Translations under genes and position numbers: made by a program | Assembly (NCBI RefSeq): GCF_036971445.1 | Contig: NC_091470.1 | Coordinates: 310,496,001-310,560,000 of the forward strand | Direction of reading: 5' to 3' | From: Narcine bancroftii | Taxonomy: Eukaryota | DNA: 64,000 bases | The notes under the pieces: generated by a model | The model's database searches: none | Told to the model about the DNA's origin: nothing | Seen by the model: only the letters and a program-made list of their open reading frames with translations | Shown here: one piece after another, positions 14,479-28,500 of the stretch | Numbering within the stretch: the stretch's first letter is position 1 | Layout: every line of letters starts with the position of its first letter

Positions 14479-14544
14479 GATTGATTTCACCTTGACTGAT
14501 GATGAGGAAAATAATCAATTCATATTAGATCTTGCTGTATACAG
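14479..14544 (+). CDS. DNAAF11: DNAAF11 exon (IDFTLTDDEENNQFILDLAVYR), start of CS/p23-like domain
   Basis: ctccatAG acceptor and GTAAGC donor. 66 bp, phase 2-2. Confidence 0.93.
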
Positions 14545-15464
14545 GTAAGCTTTGCTTAGTGATTCAATAATTGAAAATCAATGTTTATTAATATTTAACC
14601 CTCTGAAGATTGGATTTGTTTTTTTTCATGTTATTTTAAAGCAAGTTGCTAGTTTCTAATATTTGTTGCCCGATACTTGGGTGGGATAGGGCTCCATTAC
14701 TTTTGGACGGAAGTGTTTGTACGATTTGTGGGCTAATTTTTGGGCAATTGTGGTACAACCTGTATGATGTAGAACTTTGCAAAGAAGCAGAAAAGCTTCT
14801 GCTGTCTTTTCCATTGTGTATTATACTGAAACACATCCATATTCACAGCCTTAGAAATCTGGCATTCAGAGGTGCACATCTCTGGGTGGGTGCAGGGGCA
14901 TTTGGTGGTGAAGGGATAGAACATTTCCATGTGATTAGAAGGAAAATGGGACAATTTTCTCTTTATTTATCAAAGCACAGAATATGTGAGGAGGTAAATC
15001 AGGGGCTAATCATGCCACATCTAGTTAGCAAGTATATTTTGAGTATCATATGATTACACAGGAATGAATGCAGAGGGCATTCAGAGCAGCTTCGGTATTG
15101 TTTTCCTTTCGTGATAACAATTATGAGAGGCAAAATGAGGAAATAGGAGGGACATTTTTTTAAAGTGAGTAGTTCACGATGATTGATGTAACCCAATAGA
15201 TCAAAAGATTAAAGAGGATAAGAGATAGAGTTGTGGGTGGAGGAAGAATTGGGGGTCTGGAATCTGCTGCCTGAAAGGGTGATTGTGGCAAACCTTGATT
15301 TTAAAATATACTTTGATGAGCACATATGACATAATTTGCATAGCTACTGACTGAGAGATGGAGAGCTGGTTGGTGTGCAAAATGGAATCCTTCTGTCCAA
15401 CAAATTTCTCTGATTTTGTGAGATCTGTAATTGACTAATTTTTTTCTTAAAATAAATTCTACAG

Positions 15465-15534
15465 ATATCTGGATACATCTTTACTTGACATTGATGTTCA
15501 GCCAACGTATATTTGTGTGATGGTTAAAGGAAAG
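15465..15534 (+). CDS. DNAAF11: DNAAF11 exon ([23 protein letters not shown])
   Basis: tacAG acceptor and GTCAGT donor. 70 bp, phase 2-0. Contains the DTSL.D.DVQPTY motif. Confidence 0.93.
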
Positions 15535-16168
15535 GTCAGTAATTGATACAAATAAAATTAATGACACACCTACACCAGCGAAGCATTTTGAAACCCAAAA
15601 ATGAACTGAAAACAGCTGATTCAAAGAGAACCACTTTCCTCCTTTTAGACTGGTTGTGGCAACAACACAGCTTATACTGCGTGGCTTCAGAAACTGACAT
15701 GCTGCCCTTTCTGAATTATGTTAATCAGCATGGTCAGATATGACTCTGCCATCAATATGCAACTCCTCTTACTTATCTGGAATGGGAGAGAAGCAAAAAT
15801 TTAATAAAATGCAAATGCTGGAAAAACTAGTGAGATGAGCAGCATCTGTGGAAAAAGAAATTAGTTGACATTTTGGGTTTACAAACCTTCACTAATCTGA
15901 AATGTAGTTTATTTTTCCCCCAAATGCTGCCTGACTTGAAGAGTTTTTCCAGCATTTTCTGTTTTGGAACTAAATTAATAGATTATATTTGCAGTGGGTA
16001 GTAAAAGTGAATATTAGGCTTAATCTGGTGGAAAATAAAATATAGAGTCATAGTTCTACAGCACAGAAACAGGCCATTGGACCCAACCTGTCCTTGCCGA
16101 CCTCTATCGTTTCCTCTGGCAATAACTCTAGTCTCACAATTTATTGCTGGAGATAGTGGGTTCCATTG

Positions 16169-17635
16169 ATTTTTTAAAAATATTTTATTTAAAATTTTAA
16201 ATCACATCAAAAATACATATACATATAAACGTATTGATATCAAATTACACGTGAATATTTTCAACCCTCCTTCTCCCTCCCTGACCTTCCCCCTTTCTAA
16301 TCTAATAATAATAAAAATAAAGAAGGAATATATAGGAGAATGCCAATCTAAAAATAGAAATCTAAATATAAATTGATCTAAATTGTGGAGCACAGGATCA
16401 CCCATCAGATCAGATATTGAGAGATCTTTACATTTTTAAACCAACACTTTTTATGGGCTCCATATTTTCAAAAACAAATTACATAAATTATGTAATTTTT
16501 CTCAAATGGAATATTTGAACACAATTCCGCATGCCATCTCTCATCCTAAATCTACATTAGATTTCCATGTAATAGCAATTACATTTCCTTGAAACAGCTA
16601 AAGCAATTCATAAAAATTCTATTGTGGAAAGTGAAATTGGCTCAAGTTGGTATAACATGGAAATATGAATTAGGAGGTTTACAATTACCTAATTTTCAAA
16701 ATTTCTATAAGGCAGCTCAATTAAAATTTATTAATGTAATGTTTGATTCAGAAAAATCTTTAGCTTGGATTAGAGTGGAATTATATAATGTAGGAGAAGA
16801 TTCATTGGAAGAGATCATTTATAAATGGAATCCTAAATTATTAATGGGAACCAAATGTTCATTTATTTCAAAACATTTGCTGGAAGTGTGGAATGAAGTT
16901 GATTATGAAGTAGGAGGAAAAGGTTTAATTTCTTGTAAAATTCCTTTATATCAAAATAAACTTATTCCATTTTCTATGAATAATCAGCTTTTAAACATTT
17001 ACTTTCAAAAAGGAATTAAAATAATAGATGATTGCTTTGAAGTTAGCAAATTTATTACTTTTCAAAGAATGAAAGAGTTTAATGTACCAAATAATACTTT
17101 TTTCTTATGATCAAGTCAGAGCCTTTTTAATTAAAAAATTAGGTCATAATTTAATTTTACCAAGATAGAATGAATTGGAGGTATTAATAACTAATGGAGG
17201 TTTTAATAAGTTTATTTCAAAAATGTAGAGATTACTTCAGAAAAATGCTCCAAAATTGGAAATTCATAAATCAAGATTAAAATGTTAAAATAGATGAAAG
17301 TCATTGGAAAGAGATCTCTAAACAAATATGACTAAAATTATTAATGTTAGGTGTTGGTTAGTATAATATAATTGTTTACATCAATTATATTTAACACCTA
17401 AGAAGTTGAAGAAATTTAATTTGACATTATCAGATTTATGTTTTAGATGTAATAAAGAAGTTGGTTCTTTTATACATTCTACTTGGTTTGGTCCAATTTG
17501 GACTGAAATTAAAAATTTTTGAATAAAGTAATAGAAGTTACATTTCCAATAATCCTATGATATTTTTGTTAGGAGATAGTAAAAAATATTTGTATTAAAT
17601 TAGGATTAACCATGATTCAAATAGAATTTTTACAA
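16169..17635 (-). mobile_element. L1/Tx1-type LINE with inverted 5' segment
   Basis: The minus-strand 3' tail and ORF2 end occupy 16169-16586, joined to a plus-strand ORF2 segment at 16587-17635 (GGLQLPNF..FY.AAQL). A TSD-like gttccattg is on both sides. Confidence 0.75.
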
Positions 17636-18217
17636 ATTGAGTTCCATTGTTTTTGAATCAAACACTGAAGGCCTTGGGGGGAGAAAAACAATGTATGTGT
17701 AGTGGACTAAAATCCCGGAAAACAAAGATAGCAATGGAATGAGGCAGTTATCCATGCCAAATTTGAGCATCGGGATGTAGAAGCATAGAATGTTCAGTAG
17801 CCTCACACTAATGGACGAGGATGGTAAATTAATCTTCAAATTTGAGTGGATCAATTCCTAATAATGTGACAGTAGTTGTAGTGGTCATTTTGGAGACATT
17901 GGTGAGTCGGAAACAGTAGATGCTCAGTTAAGAGCTGCTTCATCTGCTTGGAATCAATTCCATTAGCAAGTTGGTGGTGATGTGAATGTGATACCTGATC
18001 TCAGAAAGAATTTACGAAGGTCATTCCTGACAAAACTACAATGGAAATATTTAGATTGATGAGGACAAGGGCAAGTATGTTTTTCCCCTCATATTGACTC
18101 TTTCATCAGCTATATTTATTAATATGCCATGTCCGGGAATGATGGATTTGTGCAGTAGTCTTCATTACATTCTTTAAATGTACTTTGGCACATTTAAAGA
18201 AAGGATATGGCTAAATA

Positions 18218-18724
18218 CGGCTCTGTACGGCTCTGTACTCGAGATGGCAGAGGTCGACAGCATCGAGTCCACGCTGCTGAAGATCCAGCTGCGCTGGATG
18301 GGTCACGTCTCCAGAATGGAGGACCATCGCCTTCCCAAGATCGTGTTATATGGCGAGCTCTCCACTGGCCACCGTGACAGAGGTGCACCAAAGAAAAGGT
18401 ACAAGGACTGCCTAAAGAAATCTCTTGGTGCCTGCCACATTGACCACCGCCAGTGGGCTGATATCGCCTCAAACCGTGCATCTTGGCGCCTCACAGTTTG
18501 GCGGGCAGCAACCTCCTTTGAAGAAGACCGCAGAGCCTACCTCACTGACAAAAGGCAAAGGAGGAAAAACCCAACACCCATCCCCAACCAACCAATTTTC
18601 CCCTGCAACCGCTGCAATCGTGTCTGCCTGTCCCGCATCGGACTTGTCAGCCACAAACGAGTCTGCAGCTGACGTGGACTTTTTACCCCCTCCATAAATC
18701 TTCGTCCGCGAAGCCAAGCCAAAG
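18218..18724 (+). mobile_element. Young 5'-truncated RTE-clade LINE
   Basis: LRW.GHV.RM...RLPK..LYGEL...RGAPKKRYKD motif, C-terminal Cys/His motif and (aagcc)n tail. 11-bp TSD atggctaaata at 18207-18217 and 18725-18735. Confidence 0.92.
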
Positions 18725-19532
18725 ATGGCTAAATATCTCTTCATTAGGTAATCTAGATAACTCCAAAAATAATTTACCTTAAAGAACTTGTAATTTTGAA
18801 ACAACAGTTGGTAGAAATGCATATTAACAAATATACAGGTTGTTGATGACCCCTTTAGTGAGTCAGTTCCTGCCAGACAATGGCACTAAAATGTTTTCTC
18901 TGCATTAATCAATTTGAATGGTGAATATATGGAAATGAGCATCTTACCCATGGCTATTTACTTACAGGAAAGTTGTATTTTTTTAAAAAAGTTTTAATTC
19001 CAGCATTATTGGTGGTTAAGTCTCTTTATTGGATAATGTTTGACCATAATCTTGCTCAACTCTGGATCATTTGGACATCATGGGCAAAGGAGTTCAGAGT
19101 GTGATCCTGAATGCCAACGAGCACAATGGTACTCAACCAAAATAGGACATTCCTCTGCAGGTTTATTGGTTTGTGACTTATAATGTGTATTGTATTCACT
19201 ATTATTGTCTGCCTGTCATCCAGTGGCAATGTGGTGTAGAGGAGTGCTACAAATTTTTCCTTCTGCTGAACACTTGTTCAAATGGGCAGGGGTTCCAACT
19301 TGGGGTCTGAGGTTACTGTTGGTGAGAGCTCCAGCCAGTTTCAGTGATGTGTGGAGGCGGACTGCAGCCCCAGGCCCAAGTTCACTGTGAGAATTGAGGA
19401 GGGTGTGGTTCCATCCCAGAGACCGAGGTTACAGTGGAAGCTCCACCCTGACCTCTGTCACAGTCGGAGTGGCAATTATCAACATTGTTGGTTTCAAAGT
19501 AACTTGGATGTGAAAATTCTACAAACTTATAG

Positions 19533-22500
19533 TTGGTTTTGGATGTATCTGGTAAATTCAAAGATGAAATTCTCATGAATTTAGTGAATACGGGATCTGG
19601 AAAGGGCTTCAAAGTTGGACAAGAAGAACACACAATTAGTCTATTTGCTGATACTGTGCTACTATACCTATCAATCCCAGAGAAAACTAGAAAAATATCA
19701 GATTACAAAATAAATATGGATAAAAGTGAGATAATGCCATTAACAAATTTTAAAAGATACCAAAAAGGAAGTAAATTTAAATGGAAGATGGATTATGGAA
19801 TAAAATATTTTGGAATAGCAACTGACAATAACTTGCAAAATTTGTTCAGCTTAAATTATGTTCCTCTTCTTGGGAAGATACAAATGGACCTGCAGAAGAG
19901 TTAACTGTGTCAAAATGAAAGTGATGCCAAGACTGCAGTATTTTTCAAATGCTGCCTATTCTATTACCTAAAAACTTCTTTAAACTACTAAACTGTGGAC
20001 AAACAAAATAACCACACAAGACATTTCTAGAGTGAATCAAATGGATTTACTCCTCATCACCCGTCCAATCTTTTAAAAGCCATAATCGTGCGCTGATGTC
20101 ATCATGCACTGACATCACACGACCAGTTCGAAGCATCCTGGGAGTTGTAGTGCTACCATAGTGCTGCTATATGCCCCCACCCCCCCCCCCCCCACCCCAA
20201 AGGACCAGAAGAAAGGTTTGTCTGACTTTTATGTGGTCAACCTCTGCAACGGACTTAGCTGCTGCTGTGGGGAAGACTTGTCCTCATGAGCTGATTTAAG
20301 TCTGTCAATAGTGAAAGCCTTTTGCTTCCCTTCAATATCCAAAATGCAGGACAACCTAGTTTGTCTGAGTAAGCTATAAGGCCCTTCATAGGGCATCTGT
20401 AAAGGTTGACCACGTCTTCCCCTTCGGACAGACATATTTGCAGTTTTTGAGATCTTCAGGCACAAGAGTGTTCTCCATGTGATGATGGTGCTATAGGGGT
20501 CAATCTTCCTGCAGTCTCCCTTAGCCTGCTCAACAGTTCCTTAGGTTCATCACTGGAGTTGAAATGGTAGGGGACAAACTCCCCAGAAACCATCAATGGT
20601 GCGCCCTACACGAGTTCTGCAGTTGAAGCTTGGAGATCCTCCTTTGGAGTTGTTCTTATGCTCAGTAATACCAAGGGCAGCTCATCAACCCAGTTTGGGC
20701 CCTCCAACTGAGCCATCAAGGTTGACTTGAGATATTGATGAAATCTTTCCACCATTCCATTAGCCTGGGGCTGAGAGGCATTCATTTAATGAATTGTTGT
20801 ACCTAGCAAGTGAGACAAGGTCGTCCACAGCAAGGAAGTAAATTGTGGTCCTCTATCCTAAGTTACATGCACTGGTAAACCAAAACAAGACATGTGGAAT
20901 GCCCGAGCACAAGTGTCTGAAGTAGCATCCACCATAGGAACAGACTCAGGCCATTATTGTAAAAAGATAACTGTATCCTCTTGAAACAAAGCAAAATGCT
21001 GAGCAACTTCCAGGAAGGACTGCAGTGGTGTCTTAGTATGCCGATTAACTTTTGCTTTTTGGTAGGCAATGCAGGACCTCACCATTTGTATAACATCTTT
21101 TTTAAGACCATGCCACATGAACCTTACGAACTGTCACTCTAATCAATGGATGTGAGATACCATGCACAGAGTTGAATACTCTGAACTACTGGGTGTGGGT
21201 GTCCCGTTGATATATCACAAAGGAGTAGTTTACCATTAACTCCAAACTGGACATCCTTCAATTGCAGGTTCGTGATTGCAGTCTGAGGAGCCTTAATCTC
21301 TTGGTCATGATCTTGGGCTGTGTAGTCAATACCTTGATCTACAGACAGAACCTCGAGTGGAGCAGAATGGGAAAGTGCATCAGCTACTATATTGTCTTTT
21401 CTGGAAATGTGTAGTATTTTTGTGAGGAATTCTAAAATGAATGATAGTTGTTGTTGAGCTGACCAGGGCCCTGCGACCTTGGAAAATGCACAAAGGGCTT
21501 ATGGTAGTGTACATAGTAAAAATCTCTGCCCTCCAAAAAATAACACGTGTCGAATACACAAATTAATGGCCAAAAGCTCCTTATCAAAAGCATTGTATTT
21601 CTTCTTTGCTTCACAAAGATTCCGGCTGAAGAATGCTAACGGCTTCCATTGCCTGTTGACATATTGATGAAGTTCACCTCCTACGGCCATTCTGGAAGGA
21701 TCTCTAGAAAGGGAGGTGGTTGGATTTAAAACTGGGTAGCTGAGCATAGTAGCATGAGTCAGCAAATCTTTCATCTTCAAGAAGGCATAGTTTCCCTCTT
21801 CAGTCCAATAGATGGTTCTGGAGTTTCCAGACAGTAAATCAAAAAGAGGCTTCATGATTTGAGCTGATCCCGGAACAAACCGATGGTAAAAATTTACCAT
21901 TCCCAAGAATTCATACAGGTTTTGAATACTTGGTAATGGCCTCAACTTTGGATTTCTGTGACATCATGCCTTCCTGAGTAATCCTATGCCCTAAGATATC
22001 AATCGTTTCTTGTCCAAAAACGCATTTATCTGGATTGATGGTCAATTCAAACTTTTGAAGACAAATAAAAAGTGTACAAATATGTTCCACATGTTCTTCC
22101 TTAGTCCCACTGGCCACTAAAATGTCATTGAGGTAAATGAAAACATTGGTCATACCGTGTCCTAAAGCATCCACCACTCGTTGAAATGATTGACCAGCAC
22201 TCTTTAACCCAAATGGCATTCGTAAAATTTTGAACAAACCAAACAGGGTAATTATTGTTGTTTTTGGAATGTCTTCTGGCTCTACTGGTACTTGGTGATA
22301 GCCACGCACCAGGTCTATTTGGGAAAAGATCTTCACTCCATGCAAATTAGCTGAGAAATTCTGAATATGAGTTATTGGATAACGATCTATTGTTAAGCCG
22401 CCTGTAAGCTCCATTATGTTTCAGGACCATATGTAATGGAGATGCACTTGGAACATTGGTCCTACGAATTATGCCTAATTCCTCCATCTTGCCAAACTCT

Positions 22501-25500
22501 TCTTTAGTTAAGTGCAGCTTCTCTGGAGGCAAGTGGCATGCTTTCATATGGATAGGAGGGCTCTTAGAACAAATACGATGAGTAACACCGTGCTTTGCAG
22601 TGGAGGGAGAAAATTGTTGAGTAGTAATCTCAGGGAAATCTTCCAACAGCTTGGAGAATTCATCCACTGGTTTGCTTAATGTTTGGAGGCGCAGAGCAGG
22701 AGTATGGGCGTATGCCAGAGGAATGGTCTGAAAAGTAGTTCCATCTATTGGCCGACACCCTTTTAAGTCGACGAGGAATGAATGAGCCTGAAGAAAATCT
22801 ACACCAAGCAAAAGTCGGGATACTGATGCTATAATGAATGGCCAAGTGTAAAGATGATTCTTGAACTTGACATTCATTCATCTTCCTGGTGTCAAAGGTC
22901 GAAATATTGGAACTGTTAACTGCTCTGAGTTGCAGATCCGGGGTAGGATGGCATGTGTCAAAACCAATGGGTGGAAATACACCAACCTCTGAACCCATGT
23001 CCACCAGAAAGTTTTGCTGAGACAACTGGTCCCATACATACAGTAGGCTTGCAGATTTCTTGCCAATAGCTGCAGTCCTCTCTGGTGATTGGCCTGGGCG
23101 TTTCCCATAAACACGCAGGGTGGAAGGCACTGAAATGAAGTGTCCACAGGCTGCTTGCTTGACTTGGGGCATTGCCTGCTTGTAGGGAGAGATGTGCTAA
23201 GAATACTAGAGTGTGACATGGAGGGGTTGATTGTGCAGTTTTGTCTTTCCTTGTTGTGTTTTCTAGCCAGCCATAGAATGTCTGCCTCCGCCACTACAGC
23301 CCTTGGGTCTTCAAATTAACACTTCGAATACAAGAGCCTAATATCATCTGGCATTTGGTCTAAAAATAGCTGCTTGAATAACGTATTGGGCCTTTCACCA
23401 GCTGCCAGGAACAGCATTTTATTCATTCGTTCTGAAGGGGTGCGGTCTCCTTACCCATCGAGATGTAGTAATTTGGCTGCCCTTTCCCTACGGGACATAC
23501 CATATACACGTCAAAAAAGTGTTTTTAAAGCGTCATACTTGCTGGCATGTGGTGGATCCCGTAGGAAGTCATCTATCTTCTTAGCGACATCCTGGTCTAG
23601 GGTATTGACAAGATGGTAATAATGAGTGGTGTCCAATTCGACCTTGCGAAGGTGAAATTGTGGTTCAACCTGTTGGAACCACAGTTCAGGCTCAGCTGCC
23701 CCAAAAGATGGTAGCTTCACAGCAACAGCTGCAGAGTCCATGTTTGTCCAAAAATATGTTTTTGGACTTGTTGGGGTCGGGAAATAACCGCACAACACAT
23801 TTCTAGAGTGAATCAAACTGATTTACTCTTCATCAACCTTTTAAAAGCCAGAATCACATGCTCTGACATCACATGGCCGGTTCGATGCCTCCTGTGTGTT
23901 GTAGTCCCTCCGTAGCCCTGGTACAAAACAATCATATTAGACAGTTCCTATGGAATTATAAGGAACCAAGAATTGCACTGGAAAACTGACATGGAAGTAT
24001 GGGCTGGGAGGACATCCAGACTTTAAAAATTATTGGCTAGATTTCTCACAGCCTTCTGTCTTGGATTCAAATGGGAATGTACTCAGTGGAGGAGGAGGAA
24101 GTGAAGGATTTTATCTATAAATGGAGTGTCAAATCACTAAAAAACTACATATGATCAGAACATGGCAAGAAATTAATGAACGTATAGGGAAACAAAAGTA
24201 GGGATATCAATGGAAGCACCATTTTATAAAAATGTGTAATTGAACGTAGGCAATAGAATATTAAATTTGTGGTATGACAAAGATATAAGATGTATTAAAG
24301 ACTGCTACATGGAAGGAACTCTTAAATCTCCTTTAACAATTTAAATACAAATATGGAGTGGTCAATGGGATCTTCTGTTTTCTCCAGCTGACATCATTCT
24401 TTAGAGAAAGATGGGGGCCAACATTGACCCCACCTAAAATTAATGAAACTGAATGAACAGACTGGACAGGGAATACACCCAAATTTATAACAAAAATGTA
24501 CTATGCTCTCCAGAGTGTAAGTCCAAAACCAGAATTGCAGAGGTCAAGGGAAAGATGGGAGTCAGACATGGGGGTGGTGATTCCAGAAAGAAGCTGGTCA
24601 TGCTGTCTAGCGATGTGGATTCGTTCAGTATAATTTTTTTCCACCAACTATATCTTACCCGCAGAAATATCAGAGATGAGTTTCAGATGTGGGACTAAGG
24701 CAGGAACTTTTCTACATGCTACTTGGTCATGTGGTAAAGTGAGGCCATTTTGCCAAGACATCTCAGAAAAATTAACCAGGATAACAGGAGTGCCTTTGCA
24801 GGTAACCCAGAGCTATATCTACTCAGTAATTTTATGGAGATAACTAATAAATTGAATCAATATCAAATTTCATTTATAAAAATAGCACTGGCGGTAGCAA
24901 GAAAATGTGTTACAATCATTTAGAAGTCTGACTCCCCTCCACTTGTAGCACAATGGATTGCAGAAATGAACAGCGGACCGATGCAAGTGACTGGCCACCC
25001 TAGCTCTCCCACCCCCGGCACGACACAGCACCTGGCCATTTCATCTCCCCAAAGAGATCGATTTGGCCCAGTTCGTTTTCGTGCAGAGGGGACCACAAGG
25101 TGCACCACTGCAGCAACCGTACAAGGGTCCATACAAAGTCTTGCTCTGATGGAAAAAGTAACATATCATTTATAGAGTAAATACAACACCTTTGTAAAGT
25201 TCTGGTAGCCATACCTGGACCATATGGGGCACCCAAGGACAACCTGCAGGCTTCAGCAGCGGAGATGGTCTATGGCACACCGCTTTCCCTGCCGGGTGAG
25301 TTTCTCTTTGGGGAGATGAATACAGCAATAAAAAGAAAAGGGGCTATAAAAGTAACTATTATATATACAAAAATGTAATTTCTTCAATTTTATTCTACAT
25401 ATTTAAAAGGTATGTAAGCTCTGACAGTGTGTGGATTTACATGTATGGTTGTGAGGTGGGTGGATGGAGGGACTATTTTGTTTGTTGTTTGTAAGAAAAA

Positions 25501-25516
25501 GTTTAATATATTGTAT
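19533..25516 (+). mobile_element. Decayed L1/Tx1-type ORF2 and 3' region interrupted by a Gypsy element
   Basis: SLFAD.VLLYL and YKINMDKSE RT motifs at 19533-19904. It resumes at 23930 and reaches the ORF2 C-terminus (ALAVARKC) at about 24890. Confidence 0.75.
19994..23925 (-). mobile_element. Gypsy LTR retrotransposon, degenerate
   Basis: LTRs at about 19994-20171 and about 23779-23925, outer ends TG..CA, 4-bp TSD aaac. Contains gag (VKLPSF...PELWFQQVE), protease (FLVDMGSE), RT ([13 protein letters not shown]), RNase H and integrase, with a G-rich PPT at about 20173-20198. Confidence 0.93.
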
Positions 25517-28500
25517 TGTGGCAGTGTGAGCATTGGAAGAAACACAGCCACCATGTTGAGGGTCGTTAATGACTTTTTATTCAAATACAGCACGCCCTTT
25601 TAAGGGCAGCATGAGCTCAGTCACCTGGTGCATTGTGACATCATAATCGCTGCCCAGGGTGCGTGCTGGAAGGGATGCTGAAGTCCGAGAGAAACCTGAT
25701 GATGCCATTTCCCCATGGCTGCCCCACTATGTGGCAATAAAAGCGGGGCCAGTTCGCCATGATGATGTGCGCCGCTACACCTCCTTTCACTTTGGTGGCT
25801 GGACCCGGCACTTGGGCGCGGCTGTCTGCACCGGCTCTGATAAGTCCAGATGGGCCGCAATCAGGTGGTCCACTGTAAAAAGTTCCTCTCTCCCTCCAAT
25901 GTCCAGAGTGAAGGTTCCGCCGGAACAGTGCAAGACTTTGTATGGACCCTTGTACGGTTGCTGCAGTAGTGCACCTTGTGGTCCCCTCTGCACGAAAATG
26001 AACTGGGCCGAGTCAATCTCTTTGGGGAGATGAAATGGCCAGGTGCCGTGTCGTGCCGGGGGTGGGAGAGCTGGGGTGGCCAGTCACTTGCATCGGTCCG
26101 CCAGCAGGTTTATGTCAATGGCAGTGGTGTCATGGTCTGGGCTGAAAAACTCACCCGGCAGGGAAAGCGGTGTGCCATAGACCATCTCCGCTGCTGAAGC
26201 CTGCAGATCGTCCTTGGGTGCTGTCCTAATCCTGAGGAGGACCCAGGGTAGTTCGTACGCCCAGTCTGGTCCAGAGAGCGTGGCCATAAGTGATGCCTTC
26301 TGGTGCCTGTGGAACCTCTCCACCAACCCGTTGGACTGCGGGTGGTATGCTGTGGTGTGGTGGAGCTGGACCTCCAGGAGCTTTGCCATCTGAATCCACA
26401 GGGCAGACATGAAATGTGCCCCTCTGTCTCTAGTAACGTGCGCCAGGACACCGAAATGGGCAATCTAATGGCTGACCAGAGTCCTGGAGCACGTCTCCAC
26501 GGAGGCCTTCTTAATCGGGACAGCCTCCGGCTACCTTGTGGTCCAATCCACCACCGTGAGGAGATAACGAACCTCCTTGGACACTGGCAGGGGCCCAACG
26601 ACATCAACGTTAATGTGTTGGAATCTGCGAACTGCTGGGTCGAAATTCTGGCTGGGGGCTCGCGTGCGTCGCTAGACCTTGAATGTCTGGCACCTGGTAC
26701 AGTTCCTGGCCAGTTCCGCCGCCTCCTTCTTTAGCCCGTGCCACATAAACCACTCCGTGACCATCCGCACAGTTGTCTTTACCGTTGAGTGAGCGAGATC
26801 ATGGATCATACTGAAGACCTTTGCCCTCCAGTGCGGCGGGACCATCGGGCACGGCGTGCCTGTTGAGACATCGTAGAGCAATGTGTCTGGACTGCTGGGC
26901 ACCCGGACATCCTTGAGTTTGAGGCCCGAGATGGCAGTCCACAAGGCCTGCGTCTCTGCATCATTCCTCTGTGCCTGAGCCAGTTGCTCATAATCGAGGC
27001 CGGGCACGAAAGTGTTGATGGCTGGATGGGAGAGTGCATCCGCCACAACATTGCCCTTGCCGGCCCTGTGTCGGATGTCAGTCGTGAACTCAGACACGTA
27101 TGAGAGGTGGCACTGCTGTCTGGCGGACCACGGATCCTTGGCCTTCACCAGTGCTTGAGTGAGGGGCTTGTGATCCGTGAAGGCTGTGAATGGCCTGCCC
27201 TCAGGAAGTAGTGGAAATGGCGGATGGCCAAATACAGCGCCAGGAGCTCCCGGTTGAAGGCGCTGTGTTTGACCTCCGGTGGGAGCAGCTGCTTGCTGCA
27301 AAAGGTCAGCGGGCGCCATTGTTCATTGAGTCATGATTCCAGAACCCTCCACACTGCCGTAGCTGAGGCGTCCACGGAGAGCGCCGTGCGCGCCTCTGGC
27401 TGCAGGTGCACCAGCAGCGTGGTGCTGGCTCAAACCTCCTTTGTCACAATGAAAGCCCTGTCCGCCTCCTCTGACCACAATAAAGTTTTTGGTGGCCATG
27501 AGTGCGAACAATAGGCGCATGGTGCGCGTGGCTCCGGGGATGAAACGATGGTAACCACCATCCCAGTGAACTCTTGGAGGCCTTTCAGGGTAGAGGGTTT
27601 GGGGAATCGTTGAACACCCACTACTTTCTCCGACGCTGGCACGGCCCCAGCCGCCGAAATAGTGTGCCCCAGGAACTGGAGGGACTCCTTACTGAACTGG
27701 TATCTGGCCGTGAGGCCAAAGTCCACTAGCCAGGCAAAGGGTATGCGGAGGTGGGCTTTGTGTTCATCGCGCTGGCGACTGGCAATGAGAATATCGTCCA
27801 GGTCTTTTCCAACCGCATCCATGAGGTGCTGGAATGTTTGGGCTGCGTTCATTAGACTGAAGGGCAAATGCAGGAACTCGAAGAGGCCAAAAGGGGTGAT
27901 AGCCGTCTTACCCACATTGTCTGGATGCACTGGGATCTGATGGTATCCCCACATGTGGTCCACTTTGAAGAAGACCCGTGCGCCGTGGAGGTTGGCGGAG
28001 AAGTCCTGTATGTGGGGTACCGGGTACCTGTCAAGGATGGTTGCACCTCTCAACCAATGGTAGTCTCCGCATAGTCTCCAGCCCCTGGACGATTTCGGGA
28101 CCATATGGAGCGGCGATGCCCAGGCGCTATCCAAGCGCTGGATGATTCCCAGTTCCTGGAGCCTGGAAAACTCCTCCTTTGACTGCTGGAGCTTCTCGGG
28201 CGCCAGGCATCTGGGTCTAGCATGCAGCAGGGGGCCCTGTGTGGCGATGTGGTGGAAGACTCCATGCTGGGGCAGGGCGGTGTTGAACCATGGCTCTAAG
28301 ATGGCAGGGAATTTGTCCCTTACAGCAGCTACGGCGGCGATTTCAGGCCTGCGGGCTTCTGCTGTGTCCAGTCAGGTGGAGTGGAATGTTCAAGAGTTGA
28401 CCAGCCTTTTCCCCTTCATGGCAACCAGTAGACTGTGAGCTCTGAGGAAGTCGGTCCCTGACAGCGCGGTGCTCATGGAGGCTAGGACTTCTAGTGGAAC

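Noticed and set aside
26303-26734. Plus-strand ORFs within Gypsy elements (also 55321-55857)
   Set aside because: These are antisense shadows of GC-rich pol sequence.
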